A stretch of DNA of 32,000 nucleotides from Cupriavidus necator (GTDB lineage Bacteria; Pseudomonadota; Gammaproteobacteria; Burkholderiales; Burkholderiaceae): contig NZ_CP066018.1 in NCBI RefSeq assembly GCF_016127575.1, positions 2,490,001 to 2,522,000 of the forward strand. The letters run 5' to 3'. The position numbers and the translations under genes were made by a program. Positions within the stretch are counted from its first letter, which is position 1; each line of letters starts with the position of its first letter. The notes below the pieces were generated by a model. It ran no database searches and was not told the DNA's origin. It worked only from the letters and a program-made list of their open reading frames with translations. This document shows positions 22,834 through 31,354 of the stretch, one piece after another.

Positions 22834-25734
22834 ATGGGTCAGCCGCGGCGTGTTGACCGCGGTCCATCAGAACGGCCGCGAGACACGGCCCACCAACAAG
22901 ACCCTATGCGGCAAGCAGGCGTTTCCTTGCCGGCCAGCGGGCACGTGCTGCGCATTATCTGGCCGTTCGTACCGGTGGTCGTTGCGCTGGCGTTGTTCAG
23001 CATCGCCAGCCTGGACCTGTTGTCGGCCGCGCGCGCCTTTGTCGCGGGCGAGAGCCAGTGGTCCAGGGGCCAGAAGAACGCCGTGCTGCACCTGCTGCGC
23101 TACGGCGAGGATCGCGATCCGGCGGATTTCGAGGCATACCTGGAGTCGATCGCGATCCCGCTGGGCGACCACCGCGCGCGCCTGGAGCTCGACCGCGACG
23201 AGCCTGACCTGGAGCGCATCCATGAAGGGCTGCTTGCCGGCGGCAACCACCCCGAAGACATTGCGCGGATGGTGCGGCTCTACCGGAATTTCCGCCATAT
23301 CCAGGAGGTCGATGCCGCGATCCGCGTGTGGGCCGCGGGCGACATCGAGATCTCTGCGCTGCACGAACAGGCACTGACCCTGCGCCGGCTGACCAGCCAG
23401 CCCGGCTGCGGGGATGAGTGCGTGGCGCCGGTGCTGCGCAATATTGCGCAGATCGACGCCAGGCTGACGCCGCTGGAGCGGGCCTTTTCGGGCCATCTGG
23501 GCCAGGCCTCGCGCCGCGTGACGCGGCTGCTGACCACCGGCAGCGCGGTGATGGCGGCCGCGCTGCTGATGTCGGCGATCCTGCTGTCGGTGGCGCCGCT
23601 GCGGCGCGAGCGCCGGCTGCGCGAGGCGCTGGCGCAGCGCGAAGAGCAGCTGCAGCTGGCGGTGGAGGGCAGCAACGACGGCCTGTGGGACTGGCATCTC
23701 GGCCGCGGCGAACTGTACTTCTCGCCGCGCTGCGCGCAGATGCTGGGCTACCAGGACGCCGAACTGCCGCATGCGCGCGAAACCGTGCTGGGCCTGCTGC
23801 ATCCTTCCGAGCTGGCAGCCTTCGAGGCCAAGCTGGCCCACCACCTGCGCAGCGGCGATCCCTACGACGCCGAATTCCGCCTGCGCAACCGCGCCGGCGA
23901 TTACCTGTGGGTGCGCGCCCGCGGCCGGCTGGTGCGCGGGGCGGGGCGCCGGCGCGCGCGCATGGCGGGGTCGCTCACGGATATTTCCGACCACAAGCGC
24001 TACGAGACCCAGCTCTTTGCCGAGAAGGAGCGCGCCCAGGTCACGCTGCAGGCCATCGGCGACGCGGTGGTGACAGCCGATGTGTGGGGGCGCGTGGAAT
24101 CGCTCAATCCCGCGGCCGAGGCCCTGACCGGCTGGCGCGAAGCCGACGCCCGCGGCCTGCCGCTGAGCAGCGTGTGCGTGCTGCGTGACGAGGAAAGCCT
24201 GGCGCCGCTGCCCGATATTGTCACGCTGGCGTTGCGGCAGCGCTGGCGCAGCCGGTCGGCGCAGCTGGTGCAGCGCGATGTGTCCGGGCTGCCCGGACAG
24301 GCGCTGGCGGTCAAGCCATCGGTGGCGCTGATCCGCGACCGTGCCGCGCAGGCCATCGGCGTGGTGGTGGTGCTGCACGATATCAGCCAGGAACGCGCCC
24401 ATGCGGCGCGGCTCGCGTACGAGGCCAGCCACGATGCGCTGACCGGCCTGGTCAACCGCGCCGAGTTCGAGCGCCGGCTGGACGCGGCGATCACGCGGGC
24501 ACGGGTGCAGGGCACTACCCATACGCTGATGTACCTGGACCTGGACCAGTTCAAGGTGGTCAACGACACTTGCGGCCATGCCGCCGGCGACGAACTGATC
24601 CGGCAGATGGCTGAGGTCATGCGCAGCCAGCTGCGCCTCAGCGACACGCTGGCCCGGCTGGGCGGCGACGAGTTCGGCGTGCTGCTGGAGCAATGCGGCC
24701 ACGCCGACGGCGAACGCGTGGCCGAGGCCTTGCGCCACGCCATTGCCTGTTTCCGCTTTGCGCATCGCCAGCGCACCTTCACGCTGGGTGTCAGCATCGG
24801 CCTGGTGACGCTGGATCGCCAGACCGTCAACGTCGCCGAGGCGCTGAGCGCGGCCGACGCGGCCTGCTATGTGGCCAAGGAGGGCGGGCGCAACCGTGTG
24901 CAGGTCTACCATCCGCTGGACAGCGTGGTGCAGGCGCGCCACGGCGAGATGGAGTGGGTCAGCCGCGTGCATGCGGCGCTGGCGGCTGGCCGCTTCTGCC
25001 TGTACTCGCAGGAGATCGTGCCGGCGCACGATGGCGCACTGCCGCAGACGGGCCGTCATGTGGAACTGCTGCTGCGCATGGTCGATGAACGCGGCCGGCT
25101 GGTGCCGCCGATGGCCTTCGTGCCGGCCTGCGAGCGCTACAACCTGATGCCGATGATCGACCGCTGGGTGGTCGAGACCGCGTTTGGCACCCTGGCGGGA
25201 CGGCAGGCGGAGATTGCCACCTGCGCGATCAACCTGTCAGGCTCGTCGCTGGCGGACCTCCAGTTTCCCGATTTCGTGCGCGAGCAGGCGCAGCGCTTCG
25301 GCATCGCGCTGGACGGCATCTGCTTCGAGATCACGGAAACCGCGGCGATCTCCAACCTGGCACAGGCCGGCGCGTTCATCCTGCAGTTGCAGCAGCTGGG
25401 CTGCAAGTTTGCGCTGGATGACTTCGGCGCGGGCATGTCGTCGTTCACCTATCTCAAGCATCTGCCGGCGGCCTACCTGAAGATCGACGGCAGCTTCGTG
25501 CGCGACATGCTAGCCGACCCGGTCAACCTGGTGATGGTGGAGGTGATCCAGCGCATCGGCCACGCCATGGGCAAGCAGACCATTGCGGAATTCGTCGAGG
25601 GCGAGGCCATGCTCGAACGGCTGCGCGAGCTGGGCGTGGACCTGGTGCAGGGCTACCACATTGCTTCGCCGGTGCCGTTTGCCCCGGCGGATCCCAAGGC
25701 CGGTGACCGGCCGGCGCTGGCGCTGGCGGGCTGA
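22834..25734 (+). CDS. Membrane-anchored sensor, PAS-PAS-GGDEF-EAL protein (c-di-GMP cyclase/phosphodiesterase)
   Basis: 966 aa (alternative ATG at 22906). Two TM segments (about aa 39-63 and 232-255) flank a 170-aa unassigned domain. Two PAS domains follow. GGDEF domain with RLSD I-site and LARLGGDEFGVLL (24661-24675). EAL domain with FEITETAAI (25327-25338), ALDDFGAGMSSF, KIDGSF and VQGY. Confidence 0.9.
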   Translation: MGQPRRVDRGPSERPRDTAHQQDPMRQAGVSLPASGHVLRIIWPFVPVVVALALFSIASLDLLSAARAFVAGESQWSRGQKNAVLHLLRYGEDRDPADFEAYLESIAIPLGDHRARLELDRDEPDLERIHEGLLAGGNHPEDIARMVRLYRNFRHIQEVDAAIRVWAAGDIEISALHEQALTLRRLTSQPGCGDECVAPVLRNIAQIDARLTPLERAFSGHLGQASRRVTRLLTTGSAVMAAALLMSAILLSVAPLRRERRLREALAQREEQLQLAVEGSNDGLWDWHLGRGELYFSPRCAQMLGYQDAELPHARETVLGLLHPSELAAFEAKLAHHLRSGDPYDAEFRLRNRAGDYLWVRARGRLVRGAGRRRARMAGSLTDISDHKRYETQLFAEKERAQVTLQAIGDAVVTADVWGRVESLNPAAEALTGWREADARGLPLSSVCVLRDEESLAPLPDIVTLALRQRWRSRSAQLVQRDVSGLPGQALAVKPSVALIRDRAAQAIGVVVVLHDISQERAHAARLAYEASHDALTGLVNRAEFERRLDAAITRARVQGTTHTLMYLDLDQFKVVNDTCGHAAGDELIRQMAEVMRSQLRLSDTLARLGGDEFGVLLEQCGHADGERVAEALRHAIACFRFAHRQRTFTLGVSIGLVTLDRQTVNVAEALSAADAACYVAKEGGRNRVQVYHPLDSVVQARHGEMEWVSRVHAALAAGRFCLYSQEIVPAHDGALPQTGRHVELLLRMVDERGRLVPPMAFVPACERYNLMPMIDRWVVETAFGTLAGRQAEIATCAINLSGSSLADLQFPDFVREQAQRFGIALDGICFEITETAAISNLAQAGAFILQLQQLGCKFALDDFGAGMSSFTYLKHLPAAYLKIDGSFVRDMLADPVNLVMVEVIQRIGHAMGKQTIAEFVEGEAMLERLRELGVDLVQGYHIASPVPFAPADPKAGDRPALALAG

Positions 25735-25755
25735 GCCGCCAGGCGCGGCGGCGGG

Positions 25756-26262
25756 TCAGGGAACGAGCGGATCGCGGAAGCCGGTATCGGCGCCGGGCGG
25801 GGTGCCGGCCGGCGCGGGCGTCGGCGCGGTTGCGGGTGGCACGGCCTGGTGCCTGGCCTCGCGCCAGGTGTTGTACACCCAGTAGGCGGCGCCGGCTGCC
25901 AGGCCGACCTTGGACAGCTTCCAGGTCCAGCGCAGCACCGGCGTGCGCTTGACCAGCGGCAGCGCCAGCGTCAATACGGTGCTCAGCAGCGGGTAGTCCT
26001 TGGTCATGCCGACCACTTTCATCCACGACCCCGGACGGGCGATGCGCGGCAGCCAATGGCCAATAGTGCCCAGGCGGTGCGCGCCACCCCGCACCTCATG
26101 CAGGGCCTGCAGGCAGTCGTAGCGTTCCAGCGCGGCGCGGGTCAGCAGCAGTTCCTTGCGCACCGCCAGCGGCAGGCGCACCTCTTGCGTGAACCGGGCC
26201 CGCCGCGGGTGATTGCGGCGGTCGTGTCCGGCAGCGCTGTGGTCGGGTTCCAGGGGGCTCAT
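25756..26262 (-). CDS. YqjK-like protein, last gene of the yqjD-yqjE-yqjK-like operon
   Basis: Internal ATG 26262 of ORF 25756..26874, with an ATGA overlap to the upstream stop. Contains LLLTRAALERYDCLQAL and a hydrophobic segment YPLLSTVLTLALPLV. Position and size match yqjK downstream of yqjE. Family assignment is by context and weak motif memory. Confidence 0.55.
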   Translation of the reverse strand: MSPLEPDHSAAGHDRRNHPRRARFTQEVRLPLAVRKELLLTRAALERYDCLQALHEVRGGAHRLGTIGHWLPRIARPGSWMKVVGMTKDYPLLSTVLTLALPLVKRTPVLRWTWKLSKVGLAAGAAYWVYNTWREARHQAVPPATAPTPAPAGTPPGADTGFRDPLVP

Positions 26263-26639
26263 CGGCGCAGGATCTCCCGGTCTTTGTCGATTTCGGCGAG
26301 CGTGGCCTCCAGCATCGGCGGGGCGTTGCGCACCAGGTTGCGTGCGTACGCGAGGCAAATCGCGCACAGCACGAGATAAAGGACCGTCAGTGCGCCCAGT
26401 GCCTGCCAGCGGTAGGTGTCCCAGAACAGGATGGCGATCAGCCCGGTCAGGGTGACCAGCCCGATGCCAAAGAACACCAGGCCGAAGCAGGCCAGCAGCG
26501 CGACCTTCATCAGGCGCGTGCGTTCCTCGGCAAGCTCCACGCTGGCGAGTTCGAGGCGGGTCTGGATCATTGCCACCAGCGAGCCGGCCAGGTTGCGCAC
26601 GGATTCGAGGAACTTGGGGGAAGGGGGGGATTCGCTCAT
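26259..26639 (-). CDS. YqjE-like / phage-holin-family (DUF1469) membrane protein
   Basis: Internal ATG 26639 of ORF 26259..26786, with GGAG 6 nt upstream. MSESPPSPKFLESVRNLAGSLVAMIQTRLELASVELAEERTRLMKVALLACFGLVFFGIGLVTLTGLIAILFW has two TM helices. Confidence 0.7.
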   Translation of the reverse strand: MSESPPSPKFLESVRNLAGSLVAMIQTRLELASVELAEERTRLMKVALLACFGLVFFGIGLVTLTGLIAILFWDTYRWQALGALTVLYLVLCAICLAYARNLVRNAPPMLEATLAEIDKDREILRR

Positions 26640-26742
26640 GCGGCTCCGGCGTGAAAGAGCGGCGCGACGGCGAGGCCGTACGCGCCTTTCCAGCAGGCGG
26701 GGCCGGGTTTGGCGCCATGGCGTGCCGCCAGCCCCGGCCACT

Positions 26743-26794
26743 GGCAACCCGATGACCGGGTTGCCGCTCAGGCGCGGCACCAGCATGCCGCGCC
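26743..26794 (-). other. Two GC-rich hairpins in the 168-nt spacer between the yqjD-like and yqjE-like genes
   Basis: GGCAACCCG-ATGAC-CGGGTTGCC (26743-26765) and GGCGCGGCA-CCAGCA-TGCCGCGCC (26771-26794). Each is a perfect 9-bp stem. No U-tract follows either on the minus strand. Confidence 0.6.
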
Positions 26795-26807
26795 GGGTTG
26801 GAATCGC

Positions 26808-27134
26808 TTACTTGCGGTTCAGCAGCAGACCGATCAGCAGGCCTACGCCGGCCGCCACGCCCACGGCGCGCCACGGGTGGTCATGCACGTAGTCGTCGGT
26901 GGCGCGTGCCGCGGCCTTGCTCTTGGTCACGACGGCGTCTTGCAGGTCCTGGGCCTTTTCCTTGGCTTGCTTGAGCAGGCCCATGCCACGCTCGCGCAGT
27001 TCGGCGGCCTTTTCCCCGGTGGTCGAGGCGGCTTGCTTCAGCAGTTCCTCGGCGTCGGACAGAACGGTCTTGACATCGCTCATCAGTTTCTCCTGTTTGC
27101 GGGCGGTTGGTTCGGTTTGTGCGGATTCTGACAT
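26808..27134 (-). CDS. DUF883 / ElaB-YqjD family membrane-anchored ribosome-associated stress protein
   Basis: 108 aa. ...LSDAEELLKQAASTTGEKAAELRERGMGLLKQAKEKAQDLQD...ATDDYVHDHPWRAVGVAAGVGLLIGLLLNRK. The DxYVxxxPW motif plus a C-terminal TM anchor is typical of the family. Confidence 0.85.
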   Translation of the reverse strand: MSESAQTEPTARKQEKLMSDVKTVLSDAEELLKQAASTTGEKAAELRERGMGLLKQAKEKAQDLQDAVVTKSKAAARATDDYVHDHPWRAVGVAAGVGLLIGLLLNRK

Positions 27135-27390
27135 TTTCTACGCTCCGAGGCTAACGGCATTTGTCGGTCTGATACTTAGCATATGTGGCGGGCGGCGGTG
27201 GTTTCAAGGCTACACGCCAGCAAGCGCGACTCTGCAGTGCCTGGTATCGCAAGCATGCCGGAAAGCACGCGTGATCAATGTCACAAAATGTCTTTATGAC
27301 TTCGAGTGATTTTGTAGTGACTTTATATTCGTTTGGGTTGGATATCAATCCGGATACTCTGGTTCCACCCCGAAATCAGGAGAACAGAAC

Positions 27391-28029
<639 letters not shown>

Positions 28030-28117
28030 ACGCGGCCCCGCGTGAAGGCGGGGCCGGCGTGCAGGACAGGTGTTTTATCGACGGGGGCAGCCTCGTCGTC
28101 TCCTTGGTAGTGTGCTT

Positions 28118-28145
28118 GGCCCGGCCTTACAGCCGGGCCTTTTTA
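28118..28145 (+). terminator. Rho-independent terminator downstream of the peroxiredoxin gene
   Basis: GGCCCGGC-CTTACA-GCCGGGCC followed by TTTTTAC. An additional hairpin CGGCCCCGC-GTGAAG-GCGGGGCCG at 28033-28056 has no T-tract. Confidence 0.75.
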
Positions 28146-28180
28146 CTGCGGAGAGCCTGTGCGCAAGTCGCGGATGGCGA

Positions 28181-29374
28181 TCAGAAGAAGGCCTGCAGGC
28201 CGGTCTGGGCGCGGCCCAGGATCAGCGCGTGGATGTCGTGGGTGCCTTCATAGGTGTTGACCACCTCCAGGTTCACCACGTGGCGGATCACGCCGAACTC
28301 ATCCGAGATGCCGTTGCCGCCCAGCATGTCGCGCGCCACGCGGGCGATGTCGAGCGACTTGCCGCACGAGTTGCGCTTCATGATCGAGGTGATTTCCACC
28401 GCGGCGGTGCCTTCGTCCTTCATGCGGCCCAGGCGCAGGCAGCCTTGCAGGCCGAGCGTGATCTCGGTCTGCATGTCGGCCAGCTTTTTCTGCACCAGCT
28501 GCGTGGCGGCCAGCGGGCGGCCGAACTGCTTGCGGTCCAGGGTGTACTGGCGCGCGGTGTGCCAGCAGAATTCGGCGGCGCCCAGCGCGCCCCAGGCGAT
28601 GCCGTAGCGGGCCGAGTTCAGGCACGTGAACGGGCCCTTCAGGCCGCTCACGCCCGGCATGATGTTCTCTTCCGGCACGAACACCTGGTCCAGCACGATT
28701 TCGCCGGTGATCGAGGTGCGCAGGCCGACCTTGCCGTGGATGGCAGGTGCCGACAGGCCCTTCCAGCCCTTTTCGAGGATAAAGCCGCGGATCGCTTCCT
28801 TGCCGTCGTCGCCTTGCAGCTTGGCCCAGACCACGAACACGTCGGCGATCGGCGAGTTGGTGATCCACATCTTGGCGCCGGTCAGCTCATAGCCGCCGTC
28901 GACCTTCTTGGCACGGGTGACCATCGAGCCCGGGTCGGAGCCGTGGTTCGGCTCGGTCAGGCCGAAGCAGCCGATCCATTCGCCGGTGGCCAGCTTGGGC
29001 AGGTACTTCTGCTTCTGCGCTTCGGTGCCGAATTCAAAGATCGGCACCATCACCAGCGACGACTGCACGCTCATCATCGAGCGGTAGCCCGAATCGACGC
29101 GCTCGACTTCACGCGCGATCAGGCCGTAGCTGACGTAGTTCAGGCCCGGGCCGCCGTATTGCTCCGGGATGGTGGGGCCGAGCAGGCCCAGTTCGCCCAT
29201 CTCGCGGAAGATCTCCACGTCGGTCTTCTCGTTGCGGAACGACTGCAGCACGCGCGGCATCAGCTTGTCCTGGCAGTACGCCGCGGCGGCGTCGCGCACC
29301 ATGCGTTCGTCGGCGGTCAGTTGCTGGTCCAGCAGCAGGGGGTCGGCCCAGTGGAATTCGGCGTTGGCAGCCAT
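28181..29374 (-). CDS. gcdH: Glutaryl-CoA dehydrogenase
   Basis: Internal ATG 29374 of ORF 28181..29437, with AAGGAG 6 nt upstream. [42 protein letters not shown]...[17 protein letters not shown]...[19 protein letters not shown]. Confidence 0.93.
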   Translation of the reverse strand: MAANAEFHWADPLLLDQQLTADERMVRDAAAAYCQDKLMPRVLQSFRNEKTDVEIFREMGELGLLGPTIPEQYGGPGLNYVSYGLIAREVERVDSGYRSMMSVQSSLVMVPIFEFGTEAQKQKYLPKLATGEWIGCFGLTEPNHGSDPGSMVTRAKKVDGGYELTGAKMWITNSPIADVFVVWAKLQGDDGKEAIRGFILEKGWKGLSAPAIHGKVGLRTSITGEIVLDQVFVPEENIMPGVSGLKGPFTCLNSARYGIAWGALGAAEFCWHTARQYTLDRKQFGRPLAATQLVQKKLADMQTEITLGLQGCLRLGRMKDEGTAAVEITSIMKRNSCGKSLDIARVARDMLGGNGISDEFGVIRHVVNLEVVNTYEGTHDIHALILGRAQTGLQAFF

Positions 29375-29491
29375 GCAGGTCTCCTTCGGTAGCGCGGGGG
29401 AAGCATCGGGGGCGGGGCGAATGGTCGCTTGCCGCACCGGCGCTTCCGGGAATCATGACGGGTTCGGTGATCTTCGCGGAGGGTTTTTGTG

Positions 29492-29508
29492 GTTCCGCAT
29501 TGCGGAAC
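29492..29508. promoter_or_regulatory. Perfect 17-bp palindrome, candidate operator in the gcdH/IclR divergent region
   Basis: GTTCCGCA-T-TGCGGAAC, followed by an extra half-site GTTCCG at 29512-29517. It lies 118 nt upstream of the gcdH ATG and 66 nt upstream of the IclR-gene ATG. Confidence 0.45.
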
Positions 29509-29537
29509 TGTGTTCCGTTGAATTAGTATATCGCAAT

Positions 29538-29563
29538 GGTTTTGCCGTGCAACAGGCAAAACC
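29538..29563 (+). other. Inverted repeat just upstream of the IclR-family gene start
   Basis: GGTTTTGCC-GTGCAACA-GGCAAAACC has 9-bp perfect arms and ends 10 nt before ATG 29574. Confidence 0.4.
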
Positions 29564-29573
29564 CCCGACACCC

Positions 29574-30431
29574 ATGCCTTTGTGCGATGAGCGGACAACC
29601 GCCGACCTGAGAGGAGCCGCCTTGACCAGTCCGCCACTTTCTCCCGATGCCACGCCGCCCGCGCCGGTGCGCGACAGCGATCCCAACTTCGTCACCGCGC
29701 TGGCGCGCGGGCTGGAGCTGATGCGCTGCTTCCGCACCGGCGAGGCAATGCTCGGCAACCAGGACTTCGTGCGCCGCACCGGCTTCCCCAAGGCCACGGT
29801 GAGCCGGCTGGCCGGCACGCTGGTGCAGCTCGGTTACCTGCGCTATGACGAAAGCCTGGGCAAGTACGCGCTGGATGCCGGCGTGCTGGCGCTGGGCTAT
29901 GCCTACCTGTCGGCGTCGGACGTGGTGTCGCTGGCGCGGCCGCATATGTTGGCGTTCGCGCAGTCATACGGGGTCTCGGTCTCGCTGGGCAAGCGCGAGC
30001 GCATGGAAGTGATCTACCTGGAATCGATCCGCAACGATGCGGGCGTGATGCTGGGGCTGGGCGTGGGCTCGCGGCTGTCGCTGGTGTCCAGTTCGATGGG
30101 GCGGGCATACCTGGCCGCGCTGCCGGCGGCGCGGCGCGAGCGGGTCATGGCTGAGTTCAGCCAGGCTTTTCCGGAGCAGTGGAAGCAGCAGGAGACGGCC
30201 ACGCGCGCGGCCCTGGCCGAGGCGCAGCAGCGCGGCTATGCGGCGTCGTTCCGCGACTGGCATCCAGCCATCCATGCGTGTGCGGTGGCGTTCCGGCCGG
30301 TGGGGGAGAAGGAGCTGCACATGCTGAGTTGCAGTGCCTCCTATGGGGCGGTGGATGAGTCGGTGTTCCACCAGACGCTGGCGCCGGCGTTGCGGGCGCT
30401 GGCGGCAAGGTTGTCGGACCCGGCGGGGTGA
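29574..30431 (+). CDS. IclR-family transcriptional regulator
   Basis: Internal ATG 29574 of ORF 29169..30431. wHTH FVTALARGLELMRCFRTGEAMLGNQDFVRRTGFPKATVSRLAGTLVQLGYLRYD, then an IclR effector domain (MEVIYLESIRN...GSRLSLVSSSMGRAYLA). The start is uncertain by tens of nt. Confidence 0.85.
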   Translation: MPLCDERTTADLRGAALTSPPLSPDATPPAPVRDSDPNFVTALARGLELMRCFRTGEAMLGNQDFVRRTGFPKATVSRLAGTLVQLGYLRYDESLGKYALDAGVLALGYAYLSASDVVSLARPHMLAFAQSYGVSVSLGKRERMEVIYLESIRNDAGVMLGLGVGSRLSLVSSSMGRAYLAALPAARRERVMAEFSQAFPEQWKQQETATRAALAEAQQRGYAASFRDWHPAIHACAVAFRPVGEKELHMLSCSASYGAVDESVFHQTLAPALRALAARLSDPAG

Positions 30432-30456
30432 CGGCCAGGTCCGACGCGCGCAGGCG

Positions 30457-31341
30457 TTACAGGTCCGTGCGCAGCTTCCACAGTTCCGGGAACAGCACCA
30501 CGTCCAGCATCTTGCGCAGGTAGCTGACGCCCTCGGTGCCGCCGGTGCCGCGCTTGAAGCCGATCACGCGTTCGACCGTGGTCACATGGCGGAAGCGCCA
30601 CTGGCGGAACGAATCCTCCAGGTCCACGAACTTCTCGCCGAGCTCGTACAGTTCCCAGTGCGCCGACGGATTGCGATAGACCTCCAGCCACGCCGCCTCG
30701 ACCGAGGCGTTGTACGCAGTCGGCTGGGTCCAGTCGCGCTCCACGCAATCCGCATCGACCGCAAAACCACGCCGCGCCATCAGCCGGATCGCCTCGTCAT
30801 AAAGCGACGGCGTCTTCAGCGCGGTCTCCACCAAGGCCAGGTGCTCCGGCCGGTGCGCATGCGGTTTCAGCATGGCCGCGTTCTTGTTGCCGAGAATGAA
30901 CTCGATCTCGCGATACTGGAACGACTGGAAGCCCGACGACATCCCCAGGTAAGGCCGCATCGCGGAATACTCCGGCGGCGTCATCGTCGCCAGCACGTTC
31001 CACGCCTGCACCAGCTGGTCCATGATGCGCGACACCCGCGTCAGCATCTTGAACGCCGGCGGCAGGCTGTCGGCCTTGACCGACTCGCGCGCGGCGCGCA
31101 GCTCGTGCAGCATCAGCTTCATCCACAGCTCGGTGGTCTGGTGCTGCACGATAAACAGCATCTCGTTGTGGTCCGGCGACAGCGGATGCTGCGCGCTCAG
31201 GATCTGGTCCAGGCCGAGATAGTCGCCATAGCTCATGTCCTTGGCGAAGTCCATCTGCGCGCCGTGCCAGCCCTCGCCCTGTGCTTTCGTGCCTGCCTCG
31301 CTGGCAGCGCCGGAGAAGGGGCATCCCTTGAATTCACTCAT
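30457..31341 (-). CDS. kynA: Tryptophan 2,3-dioxygenase
   Basis: 294 aa. ...[46 protein letters not shown]...[15 protein letters not shown]...[31 protein letters not shown]. Confidence 0.95.
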   Translation of the reverse strand: MSEFKGCPFSGAASEAGTKAQGEGWHGAQMDFAKDMSYGDYLGLDQILSAQHPLSPDHNEMLFIVQHQTTELWMKLMLHELRAARESVKADSLPPAFKMLTRVSRIMDQLVQAWNVLATMTPPEYSAMRPYLGMSSGFQSFQYREIEFILGNKNAAMLKPHAHRPEHLALVETALKTPSLYDEAIRLMARRGFAVDADCVERDWTQPTAYNASVEAAWLEVYRNPSAHWELYELGEKFVDLEDSFRQWRFRHVTTVERVIGFKRGTGGTEGVSYLRKMLDVVLFPELWKLRTDL

Positions 31342-31354
31342 GATGCGCTCCCGA

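Noticed and set aside
22867-25059. 730-aa minus-strand ORF
   Set aside because: It is antisense to the PAS-GGDEF-EAL gene, which has intact GGDEF, I-site and EAL motifs. The antisense product is Arg/Ala/Gln-rich low complexity.
25735-25755. Short GC hairpin (CCGCC-AGGCGC-GGCGG) in the 21-nt gap between the convergent GGDEF-EAL and yqjK-like genes, considered as a bidirectional terminator
   Set aside because: The stem is only 5 bp with no flanking T or A runs, which is too weak to call.
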